Shown: positions 12,848 to 26,829, counted from the first letter of the stretch. The stretch: DNA of 64,000 nt from Pristiophorus japonicus (GCF_044704955.1 NC_091994.1:27714001-27778000); one strand, 5' to 3'. Made by a program: numbers and translations. Notes: generated from the sequence alone by a model not told the origin.

Positions 12848-14744
12848 GGGGCCAAGTTTCGGCCTGAGTTGCTCCTGTTTTTTTGGAGCAACTGGTTTAG
12901 AATGGAGTATCTTAGAAATTGCAATTCTCGGCATTTAGATTGCTCCAGTTCTAGTCAGTTAGAACAGTTTCAGTTTGGAACAATTTTCTTTTTCCAAAAG
13001 GGGGCTTGTCCGGCCACTTACGCTCGTTTTGAAAGTTTAGGCAGTGAAAACATACTCCATTCTAAGTTAGTTTGGAGTAAGTGTAGATTTTTGTACGCTC
13101 AGAAAAACCTTGTCTACACTTAGAAAATCAGGCGTAGGTTACAAATCAGGCGTAGGGAATTGTGGGGGGGGGGGTTAAAGGGAAGTTTACAAACATTAAA
13201 CACTTCAGTTTTACAAATAAAGAGCCATCATCAATAATAAATGCTAAATACATCAATAAATCAATCAAAAAAAAAAATTTTTTTTTTTAAAATCAATAAA
13301 TAAAACATTTTCTACTTAACAACTGCAGCACCGGGAGTCCTCCAACAGCGTGCTGGGACGGCCCCCCCAGTGTGTCTCTGTCAGTGTCTCTATCTGTCTG
13401 TGTGTGTCTCTCTCACTCTCTGTCTGTCAGTGTCTGTGTTTCTGACAGCGAGGGGAGGGGGAGGGGGAGAAGGGGAGTGGGAGAAGAGGGGTGGGGGAGG
13501 AGGGGGAGAAGAGGGGTGGGGGAGAAGGAGGAGGAGANNNNNNNNNNNNNNNNNNNNNNNNNNNNNNNNNNNNNNNNNNNNNNNNNNNNNNNNNNNNNNN
13601 NNNNNNNNNNNNNNNNNNNNNNNNNNNNNNNNNNNNNNNNNNNNNNNNNNNNNNNNNNNNNNNNNNNNNNNNNNNNNNNNNNNNNNNNNNNNNNNNNNNN
13701 NNNNNNNNNNNNNNNNNNNNNNNNNNNNNNNNNNNNNNNNNNNNNNNNNNNNNNNNNNNNNNNNNNNNNNNNNNNNNNNNNNNNNNNNNNNNNNNNNNNN
13801 NNNNNNNNNNNNNNNNNNNNNNNNNNNNNNNNNNNNNNNNNNNNNNNNNNNNNNNNNNNNNNNNNNNNNNNNNNNNNNNNNNNNNNNNNNNNNNNNNNNN
13901 NNNNNNNNNNNNNNNNNNNNNNNNNNNNNNNNNNNNNNNNNNNNNNNNNNNNNNNNNNNNNNNNNNNNNNNNNNNNNNNNNNNNNNNNNNNNNNNNNNNN
14001 NNNNNNNNNNNNNNNNNNNNNNNNNNNNNNNNNNNNNNNNNNNNNNNNNNNNNNNNNNNNNNNNNNNNNNNNNNNNNNNNNNNNNNNNNNNNNNNNNNNN
14101 NNNNNNNNNNNNNNNNNNNNNNNNNNNNNNNNNNNNNNNNNNNNNNNNNNNNNNNNNNNNNNNNNNNNNNNNNNNNNNNNGGGCCCAAGATTTCGGGCTG
14201 GATACAGGTAGGTGGCGGCGGGTCTCGGGTCGCGGAGGGGGGGGGGGGAAAGGGGAGAAGAGTCGCGGAGGGGGGGTCGCGGAGGTCGGGGGGGGTGAGA
14301 GTCGCGGAGGTCGGGGCGGGGAGGTCGTGGTCGGGTCGCCGGGGCGGGGGGGAAAGAGCGAGAGTCAGATCGGGTCGGGTCCGGGGAGCAGGAGTCAAGT
14401 CAGGTCGGGTGGGAGGTGTGCCTTATCCACGCAGCCCCAGTGAAGCCATTCGGCCAGGGCTCGGGGCTGTGTGCTTCGGGCCCCTCCCACAGTTTTGGGC
14501 GCCTGGAGCTACTGCACATGCGCACCCACTGTAGCGCGCATGTGCAGAGGTCCCGGCACTGTTTTCAGCGCAGGGACCTGGCTCCGCCCCCCCCACAGCT
14601 CATGCTGCGCTGCGCCCAGCCCCAGAGGACCTGCAGAGAGCTGGAGAATAGGTGAGGTTTTTTTTTAGGCGCACTTTGTGGCGCGAAAAACGGGCGTCCA
14701 GGTCCGGACTGTGCCGTTTTAGGCGCGGCCCGAAACTTGGGCCC
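12848..14744. mobile_element. PIF/Harbinger-type MITE with internal GA-rich tract
   Basis: TIRs ggggccaagtttcgg / ccgaaacttgggccc; 3-bp TSD aca (12845-12847, 14745-14747); RTE sequence is continuous across it; spans an assembly gap. Confidence 0.85.
13538..14180. other. Assembly gap (N run)
   Basis: Run of N inside the MITE's G-rich tract. Confidence 0.99.
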
Positions 14745-16211
14745 ACAGTCTCTGTCACAGGTGGGGCAGACAGTCGTTGAAGGAAAGGGTGGGTGGGACT
14801 GGTTTGCCGCACGCTCCTTCCGCTGCCCGAGCTTGTTTTCTGCATGCACTCAACGCCCTCACGGATGCTCTTCCTCCACTTAGGGCGGTCTTTGGCCACG
14901 GACTCCCAGGTGTCGATGGGGATGTTGCATTTTATCAAGGAGGCTTTGAGGGTGTCCTTGAAACGTTTCCTCTGCCCACCTGGGGCTCGCTTGCCGTGTA
15001 GGAGTTCTGACTAGAGTGCTTGCTTTGGGAGTCTTGTGTCAGGCATGCGAACAATGTGGCCCGCCCAACGGAGCTGGTCGAGTGTGGTCAGTGCTTCGAC
15101 GCTGGGGATGTTGGCCAGATCGAGGACGCTGACTGTCCTCCCAGGGGATTTGCAGGATCTTGCGGAGACGTTGTTGGTGGTAATTATCCAGCGATTTGAG
15201 GTGTCTGCTGTATATGGTCCACGTCTCTGAGCCATACAGGAGGGCAGGTATCACTACAGCCCTGTAGACCATGAGCTTGGTTTCAGATTTGAGGGCCTGA
15301 TCTTCGAACACTCTCTTCCTCAGGCAGCGCTGCCGCACTGGAGGCGGTGTTGAACCTCGTCGTCGATGTCTGCCCTTGCTGATAATAGGCTCCCGAGGTA
15401 TGGAAAGTGGTCCACGTTGTCCAGGGCCGCGCAAAGGACGTGTGACCCAAATAGCCAGGAGGAGCAGCAAGGAAACTAGGATGTGCGCTAAGTTGCCACA
15501 ATGGGCTGAAAATTCCAGCCTCGCCGGGTACGTAATGGACCCAGCAAGGCCTCGCAAAAGCCGGTTTTCAGGCCGTGATGCGTTTGCGCCGAAAAGCGGC
15601 TTTTCCGACCTGTCAAGATTTCTCTTGACAGATCCTTTGCATCCCCGCAGAAAGGACAACCGCGGGGCAGAGATTGGGCTATTTGCCTAACTCACGCCCA
15701 GTGAATGTTCTTCAAACTTTTACGCTTGGTAAAAGATTTTTTTTTTTAAAACCAGCATAAGAATTTTAAAACATATAAAAATTAAATTTAAACACTTATT
15801 TTTATATTAAAAACCCTGTCCAGTTTATTTTTTTTAACACTATTCAAACACAAAAAATTCTCCCCAATTTTTTTTTCTAAGACATTTAATTTCAAATGAT
15901 TTTAAATATGTGAGGTGTTTTATTTATTATGCTGTGTTTTGGTGTTTTACTTATTGATAGTACATTTTCAAGGGCTCAATTTTCCCCAGTTATCTGTGCC
16001 ATATTTTTGGCGTGCGCCGTTTTTTTGGGGGGTAACTTTAAATCTCCCAAGTTTCCCCAAAGTTTCTGCGCCAGCGTAACTCAATTAGTTACGATTTTTT
16101 TAGGTTTGGATTTTTCTGTAACCTGATGTCTGTGCCAGCTTTTCAAATTTAGGCAACTTTGGCCAACTTACATTTTTCCTAGGATGGCATATGTGACCAC
16201 TCCCAAAAAAA

Positions 16212-17658
16212 GATTGGAAAACTGCAAATGTAAAAACCCCTATTTAAAAAGGGAGGCAGACAAAAAGCAGGAAACTATAGACCAGTTAGCCTAGCATCTG
16301 TGGTTGGGAAAATGTTGGAATCCATTATTAAAGAAGCAGTATCAGGATATTTAGAAAAGCATAATTCGGTCATGCAGAGTTCAGCATGGATTTATGAAGG
16401 GTAAGTCATGTTTGACAAATTTGCAGAAATTCTTTGAGGATGTAACGAACAGGGTGGATAAAGGGGAAGCAGTGGATGTGGCATATTTGAACTTGCAGAA
16501 GGCATTTGACAAGGTGCCACATAAAAGGTACCCGCACAAGATAAAAGTTCATGGGGTTGGGATAATATATTAGCATGGATAGAGGATTGGCTAACTAACA
16601 AAAAACAGAGTGTCGGGATAAATGGTTCATTCTCGGTTTGGCAATCAGTAACCAGTGGGGTGCCGCAGGGATCAGTGCTGGGACCCCAACTATTTACAAT
16701 CTATATTAACGACTTGGAAGAAGGGACCGGGTATAACATAGCCAAGTTTGCTGACGATAAAAAGATGATAGGAAAAGCAATGTGTGAGGAGGACACAAAA
16801 AATCTGCAAAAGGACATAGACAGGCTAAATGAGTGGATAAAAATTTGGCAGATAGAGTATAATGTTGGAAAGTGTGAGGTCATGCACTTTGGCAGAAAAA
16901 ACCCAAAGCAAGTTATTATTTAAATGGAGAAAAATTGCAAAGTGCTGCAGTACAGTGGGACCTGGGGGTACTTGTGCATGAAACACAAAAGGTTAGTATG
17001 CAGGTACAGCAAGTGATCAGGAAGGCCAATGGAATCTTGGCGTTTATTGCAAAGGGGATGGAGTATAAAAGCAGGGAAGTCTTGCTACAGTTGTACAGGA
17101 TATTGGTGAGGCCATACCTGGAATACTGCGTGCAGTTTTGGTTTCCATATTTACGAAAGGATATACTTGCTTTGGAGACAGTTCAGAGAAGGTTCACTAG
17201 GTTGATTCTGGAGACTTATGAGGAAAGGTTGAGTAGATTGGGCCTATACACATTGGAATTCAGAAGAATGAGAGGTGATCTTATCGAAACATATAAAATT
17301 ATGAGGGGCTTGACAAGGTGGATGCAGAGAGGATGTATCCACTGATAGGGGAGACTAGAACTAGGGGGCATAATCTTATAATAAGGGGATGCCCATTTAA
17401 AACTGAGATGAGGAGGAATTTCTTCTCTGAGGGTTGCAAATCTGTGGAATTCGCGGCCTCAGCTGTGGACGCCGGGACGTTGAATAAATTTTAAGACAGA
17501 GATAGACAGCTTCTTAACCGATTAGGGATTAAGGGGTTATGGGGAGCGGGCAGGGAAGTGGACCCGAGTCCATGATCGGATCAGCCATGATTGTATTAAA
17601 TGGCGGAGCAGGCTCGAAGGGCCGAATGGCCTACTCCTGCTCCTATTTCTTATGTTCT
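16212..17658 (+). mobile_element. CR1 LINE inserted in the Harbinger element
   Basis: PQGSVLGP...KFADD RT motifs, LVRPYLEYCVQFW, 3' end cctatttcttatgttct. Confidence 0.93.
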
Positions 17659-18103
17659 GGGCACTTAAGAAAAACCAGTGCACATTAAAAAAAAAAAAAT
17701 CGGTGCCGAAAGACGCCAGTGTTTTTAGGCGAAATTTTGGAGGGAGTCAAGAAAACAAAGAGTATGCATCATGAAGCTTAATTTTTTCAAAGTCAAAAGA
17801 AGCCTGGGGGGTGAGCCAAGCCTCTGGGTCCGGGAACGGGTGCAATTCTATCGGCTGACCCTCGAGACAACGTTCGGTGGTGGCGTGGTACTTTGGAAAA
17901 AAGAAAAATCAAAAATTAAAGAATTGCATTAGATTTTGTTTCTTCATTGAATGCCTAGTTTCCCATTCTAAGCAAGCCTATTGCGCATGTGCAAACCAGG
18001 GTGTGGTCCATACTAGGTTGTACACCTTGGGTTGAAAGAGAGGAAAGAAGGTGTGAGTGATTTGTCCTGCTGGATGGACTTCTTGCAAAGCTACAATTAA
18101 ATT

Positions 18104-19187
18104 ATGAGGGCAATACTGACAATGTCATACCTCGTGCAAGCCTTCTGCATGATTGTGCTGTGGAGGAGAAGATTGATTAGACATCATCACCTGAGAAACC
18201 TCAGAGCACATTGGATGATGGGTAGGAGGCCTTACCCACATTGGGTATATCGAGACAGGCGTTCATACCTGCACCTGAGTGATGCAGAATGTGTGACAAG
18301 GCTGCGTTTCCGCAAAGAAGTTGTAACCGAGATCTGACAGTTAATAAAAGCAGACCTGCACCCCGGAAGTGTCAGGAGTATGCGCCATTTCTCAACATGC
18401 AATATCTGCATTTGGCAGGTGACTGCTGCACTATATGCCCGGAGGAATAACGACATAAAGTTCCCCATGACCACCCAGGCAATGAGTGACAGGGCTGCAG
18501 GCCTCTCCAGGATTGCTGGCTTCCCAAAGGTCATTGATTGAATGCACATCGCCTTCCAAGATGTACAGGAACAGAAAAGGCTTCCACCCCGTGAATGTGC
18601 AGCTCATCTGTGACAACATGCATCACATCATGGCTGCTTGTTGCGAGGTACCCTGGGAGCACCCATGATGTGTTCATCCTACGCGAGAGCGCTTTATCTG
18701 CCATGTTTCAGGAGCAGCTAGCAGGGCAGAGCTAGTTGCTGGGGGACAAAGGGTATGGCCTCACCACCTGGCTCATGACGCCCCTACGTGTGAACCGGAC
18801 AGAAGCCGACCGAGAATACAAGATGTTGCACATTGCGACGCGCAGCATAAGAGAGAGGACCATTGGCATCTTGAAGCAGCGTTTCCGATGCCTGGACCAT
18901 TCCAGAGGCTACTTGCAATACTCCCCTGAGATTGTCGGTCAGTTCACTGTTGTCTGCTGCATGCTGCACAACTTAGCCATCATGAGGCAGCAGCAGTTGG
19001 TAGTAGAAGACCCATCTGAGATGAGAGTGGCTGATGAGGAGGAAAAAGATGCAGATGATGAGGACGAGGAAGCCATGCAACTGCCTGAACCCGGAGCACG
19101 ATGGCGGAGGAGGGCAGGCCGTCGTGCCCCTTTAACGACTGCTCGAGCCTTGCACCAGTAGCTCACCCGTGAACACTTTGCTGCCTG
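18104..19187 (+). pseudogene. Harbinger DDE transposase pseudogene (HARBI1-like subfamily)
   Basis: Fragments RLRFRKEVVTEI, YRNRKGFHPVNVQLICD, LGDKGYG, ERTIGILKQRFRCLDHSRGYLQYSPE, CCMLHNLA; in-frame stops, deletions and frameshifts. Confidence 0.92.
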
Positions 19188-19550
19188 AAGGCTCAACGGT
19201 AACGATTCCAAATGGACCATGTTTACTGTTTGGACCTGTTCCGTAATGTTGTGTTGATGGAACAAATAATAGAAATTATTCTTCTTTAGTTCAAAAAGTT
19301 ATGTTAATAACGGAACAAATAATATAAATGATTCAGTTATAATTTAAAATATATTTTATTCAAAAGTTTAACACTTGTTTGTACTTAACTTTAATAAAAA
19401 TATTCTTGTATCAAACTTTGAAGTTTTCAGTTAAGATTACTTACAAACTTTTAAACTTGTAAATTTACATCACTTACAAAAAACTTTTAATTTGAGAACT
19501 GTTACAACAGTAACAAAGAAAGGCTGCACCCATATTTCCTCCACCTTATT

Positions 19551-21138
19551 CTAAGACCGCTCGCTGCGCTTGGTCTTGGTGACACCATCCCTGCCCACAG
19601 GCGGTGGCACAGCGTTTCTCGGTGTGGTACCAAGCTTATTCTTTTGAACATCTCGGGCAATGTGCACTTCTTTATGGGGGGGGGCAGCGTGGGCAGGCAG
19701 TAATGTGGAAGGCCCGGCTTGGGCCTGTTCAGAGGCTGATCTGGGGATTGGAGTGGGAGTGACAGTTGATTCTGTCAATGGGCGTGGGGCCTGGGCATCT
19801 TCCCTTATTACAGCAGCTACCTCCGACATTCCTCCCTCATGTGCCCAGACAGCGTCTGAACTACCTGCAACATTCCCTCCCTCATGTTCACCGACAGTGT
19901 ATCAGCTACCTGCGACATTTCCTCCCTCATGTGTCCAGTGTTCCCATTTCTCGTGAGAGTGTTGTTACTCCTCCCGACAGTCCCGATACCTCATCACCCA
20001 CCCCACTGATGGTGTCCAGGAGTGATCGCGTAAGGTCAATGCTCTCCCAACTCAGTGCCATCATCTGAACCACATCTGTTACATCCTGCAACTCAGGAGA
20101 TCGCTGTCGAGCTCTCCTTCCCTTCCTCACCCTGGGTGTGGCTCGCTGCATCCCACTGGGACCCGCAGCCTCAGACTGTATGAGACCATGAAATGTCCCA
20201 ACACTCGTACCACTCAGCAAAGGGGCTGGCACCTCAATGGGCAGCACCAGCACCTTCTCTAGAGTGAGTACAACAGCGGGGGCATCATCCTCATCCTCCC
20301 CCTGCCCCTCACCCCCATGCTCTTGGTATGGAAGGTGGGATTGGAAGATGTTGTCCTCGTCAGGTGCGTCCGCGTCTGAATCTTCCTCTGCATCGGCTTC
20401 AGCCTCATCATGGTTGGCCTCAAGTTCTGCAAAATATAACAGAACAATGGTTAGCAGCAGAGATGGGGGCAGGGTGGCATGAGTAGGCTCACACATCGCA
20501 GGCAGCAGGCTCATTTGAAGGACCATGATGAATGATAGCGCATTGCATTAACCGAAGCGTAACTGACAAGATATCCCCATGAACTGAAGCATGGCTAGCC
20601 CGTGCAGTACTTAACTTTTAGCAATACCAGAATGTGGAATGTTCAGGACTTATCCTCTCCCTCGAGTGTGGGCCCAGCTTGGTGGTTGCTTTTGTCCAGG
20701 CAGGACCCATCAAAGCAGTGACCCTATCTTCCAAGGGTGTCAGTGGGTGAAGATTTGCTGGGCCTCCTCCTGTTCAAGTTCTCTCTCCTTTGTTGTGTGC
20801 CACCTTCCTCTGCAAAGGTGAAAATATAACTTTTTTTTTAAAGAGAGGGTGTCTTTCTGCTGGGTGGGACATACAGATGGTCACATTTACAATTGCAATT
20901 CCAGTGAATAAGTGAAAATATTACTTACACTAACTACTTGACCAAGGTCCTGCCACTTCTTTTTGCATTGGCCTCCAGACCTCGGGGTGGTCACCATTGT
21001 ACAATAATCTTCTGCAAGTTGGTGCAGCATTTCTTCATGACATCTGGCCTCAATTACAGTAACCAGTGCCTCCACTTCCTCGTGAGAAATTCTTGGTCCT
21101 TGAGCCGCGTTGCATATTGCAGCTCTGATTTTTTCCAC
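19551..21138 (-). pseudogene. Harbinger Myb/SANT-like DNA-binding protein (ORF2), multi-exon, degenerate
   Basis: SHEEVEALVTVIEAR...RSGGQCKKKWQDL Myb-like motif followed by a GTAAGT donor near 20927; acidic, low-complexity C-terminal exon; convergent with the transposase. Confidence 0.8.
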
Positions 21139-22129
21139 TGAGAATTAAAGTTTTCACACAGCTCTCAAAACTGGCTCTTTAAAAATGGCCGAATGCAGAC
21201 CGGGAGGTGTACTGGACATGCACACCCATAGCAGTCATTTAAATCAACATCATTTTTTTTTGCACATGCGCAGAATGTGGGGGGGGGCATCCTTCTTTTG
21301 GCACAGACATTAGGCTCCAACCCCCTAAGCTAAAGGACAGGCTGCGCGGTGCCAATTTAAAACATTAGAACGGGGAAACTTTCATGTTTTTTTTTGGAAT
21401 AGCCGGAGCCAAAAAAAGTGTGTAACCCTTGAAATACGCCAAAAAAACAACATTGGGGAAAATTGAGTCCCATCAATGAGAATACTGCATAGTGATTGGT
21501 GTTCCAGGCCCTCGTGACTCCAACTTGGACTTGCGTACTTGAAAGGCATCTTCCCGTACGCTGCGCAGCGAATCTAGGCCTCCGACCTTAAGTTCCTCAG
21601 AGACCACCAGGTACTTCCGCAGATTTTTTCTGGGTCGGAGGCGTTCGTACGAAGCCTCTGACCGCAATTTCCCCACCATTGTCTTTTCACCCCAACCTGG
21701 GTTCAAATCTAACTCTGAACAATAGCATTACAATTTCTCTATCTCGGCTATCTGTAAAGGTCCGACATGAAATGAAATGGAGGTAACCTCATCAGGTTCT
21801 AGTGTGCATGGATTCACAACATGAAACAATCTAAATTTGGTAATCTGATTGAGTGAAAAGGTGCTATGGTATAGAGATAAATTTTCAGTGATGCAGTACT
21901 AAATGCTCTATTGAAATTGGGAAATTTGTTGGGAGAGTGGGGAGAGCTTAAAGCTCGATTTTCAGAATGGGTGCAAAAAAGGGAACTCTGTTTTGCTATT
22001 ATGTACTGACACCACTCATTGTGATCATAATAGATTAGTAGACTCAGAACAACAACAGCATCATTCATTCACAATGTGTTATTTTGCTCTTCACAACTCA
22101 AAGTTCCTAAATTGATCTGAATAGAATAG

Positions 22130-23735
22130 CAACGTGAGCGCAAAGGACAGGCTGAAGCGTTTTCAACCATCTTCAGCCAGAAGTGCCGAATGGATGATCC
22201 ATATCGGCCTCCGCTTGAGGTCCCCATCATCACAGAAGCCAGTCTTTAGCCAATTTGATTCACTCCACGTGATATCTAGAAATGACAGCGCAAAGCCTAT
22301 GGGTCCCGACAACATCCCGGCTGTTAGCTGCGCCTTTAGCCAAGCTGTTCCAGTACAGCTACAACACAAAAAGCAGGACAAATCCAATCTGGAGAATTAT
22401 CGCCCCATTACTCTCAATCATCAGCAAAGTGATGGAAGGTGACGTCGACAGTGCTATCAAGCGGCACTTGCTCACCAATAACCTGCTCACTGATGCCCAG
22501 TTTGGGTTCTGCCAAGACCACTCGGCTCCAGGCCTCTTTACAGCCTTGGTCCAAACATGGACAAAAGAGCTGAATATGCCAGAGGTGAGGCGAGCATGAC
22601 TGCACTGGACATCAAGGCAGCATTTGACCAAATGTGGCATGAAGGAGCCAGAGTAAAACTGAAGTCAATGGTAAGCAGGGGGAAAAATCTCCACATACCT
22701 AGCACAAAGGAAGATAGTTGTGGTGGTTGGAGGTCAATCATCACAGCCCTAGGACATCACTGCAGGAGTTCCTCAGGGCAGTGTCTTAGGCCCAACCATC
22801 TTCAGCTGCTTTATCAATGACCTTCCCTCCATCATAAGGTCAGAAGTGGGGATGTTCGCTGCTGACTGTACAGTGATCAGTGCCATTCGCAACTCCTTAG
22901 ATAATGAAGCAGTCCATGCCCGCATACAGCAAGTCTGGGATGACATTCAGGCTTGGGCAGATAAGCAGCAACTAACATTTGCACCACACCAACTGCCAGG
23001 CAATGACTATCTCCAACAAGCGAGAGGCAAACCTCCGCCCCTTGACACTCAACAGCATTATCATCGCTGAATCCCCCACCATCAACATCCTGGGGGTAAA
23101 CTTAACTGGGCCAGCCACAAATACTGTGGCAACAAAAGCAGGTCAGAGACTGGATATTCTGTGGCGAGTGCCTCACCTCCTGACCCCCCAAAGTCTTTCC
23201 ATCATCTACAAGGCACAAGTCAGGAGGGTGATGGAATATTCTGCACTTGCCTGGATGAGTGCAGCTCTAACAACACTCCATATGCTCGACACCATCCAGG
23301 GCAAAGCAGCCAGTTTGATTGGCACCCCATCCACCATCTTAAACATTCACTCCCTCCACCACCAGCATACCATGATTGCAGCGTGTACTGTCTACAAGAT
23401 GCATTGCAGCAACTCGCCAAGGCTTCTTCAGCAGCACCTCCCAAACCTGCGACCTCCACCACATAGAACGACGATGGTAACAGACGCATGGGAACACCAC
23501 CACCTTCACGTTCTCCTCCAGGTCACACACCATCCTGAATTGGAAGTATATCGCCGTTCCTTCATCATCGCTGGGTCAAAATCCTGGAACTCCCTCCCCA
23601 ACAGTACTTTGGGAGTACCTTCACCACACGGATTGCAGCGGTTCAAGGCAGAGGCTCATCACCATGTTATCTTCTTAAGGGCAATAAATACTGGCCTCGC
23701 CAGTGAAACCCACATCCCATGAACTAATTTTTTTA
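22130..23735 (+). mobile_element. Degenerate LINE, same family as 1-1814
   Basis: GVPQGSVLGPTIFSCFINDLP, MFAADCTV, YKAQVRRVMEYS; same 3' end cacatcccatgaac. Confidence 0.88.
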
Positions 23736-24703
23736 ATTCCCAACGTGAAGGGTGTCATATAAATACAAGTTCTTTCTTTTATTTAATCCAGAATTCTGCA
23801 GGTTAACTCTGACCCAGTTCCACTCTCTCCAAATGCCCCAATGAACTGATCCAGTTTTCAAATTCGTAACCAGCCTCACTATACCCTATTTGTGTCGACT
23901 TCTCCCGCTCCAAGTCTCAATCCATGTCCTCCATTCCTCTCTTCCTATAACTGTTTGTCCATGTCCTACCATCGGAGACCAATGTTTCAGCTTTTATGCC
24001 ACTGTCGTCTTGAACCATCTTCCAAAAACACTATGGCTTGCTCTCTGTGTTAAAGACTCCCAAAAACGCACCTCTTCGTCCCTTTTAAAAAAGTGTTCTT
24101 ATAAGTTTAATTTCATGAAAGTTGATCCATTTAACGTTGCATTGTTCTTCTCCTATGTTCTTAACAAATTCAAATGGATAGCAAGGTTTATCTCTCTTGT
24201 CAAATAAACCCAGTCAATCAGTACTACAATAGTAATCCCATCTATTCAGATAAGAAGTGAGACACAATTTGTAGTTTTGAGAAAAAGTGAAAGTAGCTTG
24301 CAATTTCTAAAAATTACAGATAAAATATTTTGTTGATGCATTTGGCAACATGGATGTTTGCATTGACAACTGAGATGTACTGAACTGTGACACAGAAAAC
24401 ACATCATTCGGAATACTTGGAAGGTAACAATAAGCTACTACAGCAAATGTATGGAGAAAATATTTCAATCTTGCACTGACTGAGATAGTATCTTCTATTT
24501 TTAGGATATATATTGCCGAGTTGGAGTATCATGTTTAAGTTCTTGGGAACATCAACTGTCTTGGCAGGTAAGATCAGTATTGCTGCACGTTAATGTTCAA
24601 ACCAACAGATTAACAATTGCGATGTAATTATTACAACCTTGGAGCAATAATCAACAACTTCTTATAATTTCTACTGGTGTGAAAATTAAAGTAAGAGACT
24701 TAC

Positions 24704-24820
24704 CTCATACAGTGAAGAAACAAATTGCCCTAAATTTATAGAACTGAAGGCGCATGGGGACTGTACCGATTGTTTAGTCCACTCATTAAGAAAGCGGCAA
24801 GTTTACTGTCATCAATGGGT
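24704..24820 (-). other. FZR1: Candidate FZR1 non-coding 5' UTR exon
   Basis: Unique sequence with CAG acceptor (24821-24823) and consensus GAG|GTAAGT donor in FZR1 orientation; no transcript evidence. Confidence 0.45.
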
Positions 24821-25309
24821 CTGTTATAAACTAAGTGATAGAGATAAATTGCTATGATTAATCAACAACTCCATTATCGTTGTATTATGCAACCACCAGA
24901 ATCGCAGAACGCAAGCTAAATGGCCTTATTTTGTCGAGCAATTCCTATGTTTCTATTTCAATAAAGTATAATGGGTGCAAAATATTGGTATTCTGAAAGA
25001 CAGTTAACATTACAGTGCTGGATAAAAAGTTGCAAATTCTGAAACTCAATTTACAAATCAGATTTTGTCCTTCTAAACTAGAGTGGTGTTTGAAGATAGT
25101 TTTTTTGAGCTACATAACATTTAAGTTTGTTGAAAAGATACAGAAGATAGCAACCAGAATGATGGAGGGAATGGAATGCATGTAAATTGGGCATGTTCCT
25201 ATTGGAAAAGAGAAGGCTAGGTGATATAATTGAGAGATTTAGATGTACAAAAAACAGAGATTTAGGTGTCCTAGTACAAGAAACACAGGGTTAGCTTGCA
25301 GATACAGCA

Positions 25310-26653
25310 ATGTCATAGCAGTGCATTTGGAAAGGTGTGACATGATAGGTCCAAGTCAGCATGGATTTGTGAAAGGGAAATCATGCTTGACAAATCTTCT
25401 GGAATTTTTTGAGGATGTTTCCAGTAGAGTGGACAAGGGAGAACCAGTTGATGTGGTGTATTTTGACTTTCAGAAGGCTTTCAACAAGGTCCCACACAAG
25501 AGATTAATGTGCAAAGTTAAAGCACATGGGATTGGGTTAGTGTGTTGACATGGATTGAGAACTGGTTGTCAGACAGGAAGCAAAGAGTAGGAGTAAATGG
25601 GGACTTTTCAGAACGGCAGGCAGTGACTAGTGAGGTACCACAAGGTTCTGTGCTGGGGCCCCAGCTGTTTACACTGTCCATTAATGATTTAGACGAGGGA
25701 ATTAAATGTAGTATCTCCAAATTTGCGGATGACACTAAGTTGGATGGCAGTGTAAGCTGCGAGGAGGATGCTATGAGGCTGCAGAGCGACTTGGATAGGT
25801 TAGGTGAGTGGGCAAATGCATGGCAGATGAAGTATAATGTGGATAAATGTGAGGTTATCCACTTTGGTGGTAAAAACAGAGAGACAGACTATTATCTGAA
25901 TGGTGACAGATTAGGAAAAGGGGAGATGCAACGAGACCTGGGTGTCATGGTACATCAGTCATTGAAGGTTGACATGCAGGTACAGCAGGCGGTTAAGAAA
26001 GCAAATGGCATGTTGGCCTTCATAGCGAGGGGATTTGAGTACAGGGGCAGGGACGTGTTGCTACAGTTGTACAGGACCTTGGTGAGGCCACACTAGGAGT
26101 ATTGTGTACAGTTTTGGTCTGCTAACCTGAGGAAGGACATTCTTGCTATTGAGGGAGTGCAGCGAAGGTTCACCAGACTGATTCCTGGGATGGCGGGACT
26201 GACCTATCAAGAAAGACTGGATCAACTGGGCTTGTATTCACTGGAGTTCAGAAGAATGAAAGGAGACCTCATAGAGACGTTTAAAATTCTGATGGGTTTA
26301 GACAGGTTAGATGCAGGAAGAATGTTCCCAATGTTGGGGAAGTCCAGAACCAGGGGACACAGTCTAAGGATAAGGGGTAAGCCATTTAGGACCGAGATGA
26401 GGAGAAACTTCTTCACCCAGAGAGTGGTGAACCTGTGGAATTCTCTACCACAGAAAGTTGTTGAGGCCAATTCACTAAATATATTCAAAAAGGAGTTAGA
26501 TGAAGTCCTTACTACTAGGGGATCAAGGGGTATGGCAAGAAAGCAGGAATAGGGTACTGAAGTTGCATGTTCAGCCATGAACTCATTGAATGGCGGTGCA
26601 GGCTAGAAGGGCCAAATGGCCTACTCCTGCACCTATTTTCTATGTTTCTATGT
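25310..26653 (+). mobile_element. CR1 LINE (RT to 3' end), nested in an older CR1 remnant (about 25240-26825)
   Basis: SQHGFVKGKSCLTNLLEFF, PQGSVLGP, KFADDTKL; tail ctatgtttctatg. Confidence 0.93.
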
Positions 26654-26829
26654 AAACAATCAGGAAGGAAAATGGCATGATGGCCTTTATTGCTAGAGGG
26701 TTGGAGTACAAGAGTTTGTACAGGGCCTTGGTGAGACCATACCTGGAGTACTGTGCACAGTTTTGGTCTCCTTATCTAAGGAAGGATATACGTGCCTTGG
26801 AGGCGGTGCAGCAAAGGTTCACCAAAGTC

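Larger units (their letters stand above)
12752..15425 (-). mobile_element. RTE-clade LINE 3' part, split by a MITE
   Basis: (TGA)n tail and agggactgcctatgatga end; ORF2 fragments TKLMVYRAVVIPALLYGSETWT and LRWAGHIVRMPDTRLPKQAL. Confidence 0.85.
15972..21470. mobile_element. Defective autonomous PIF/Harbinger transposon (transposase plus Myb/SANT ORF, convergent)
   Basis: TIRs gggctcaattttcccca (15972) and tggggaaaattgagtcc (ending 21470); imperfect 3-bp TSD caa/cat; the two hallmark ORFs lie inside. Confidence 0.88.

Noticed and set aside
13370-14534. Long ORFs over 13370-14534
   Set aside because: Read through an assembly gap and low-complexity MITE sequence
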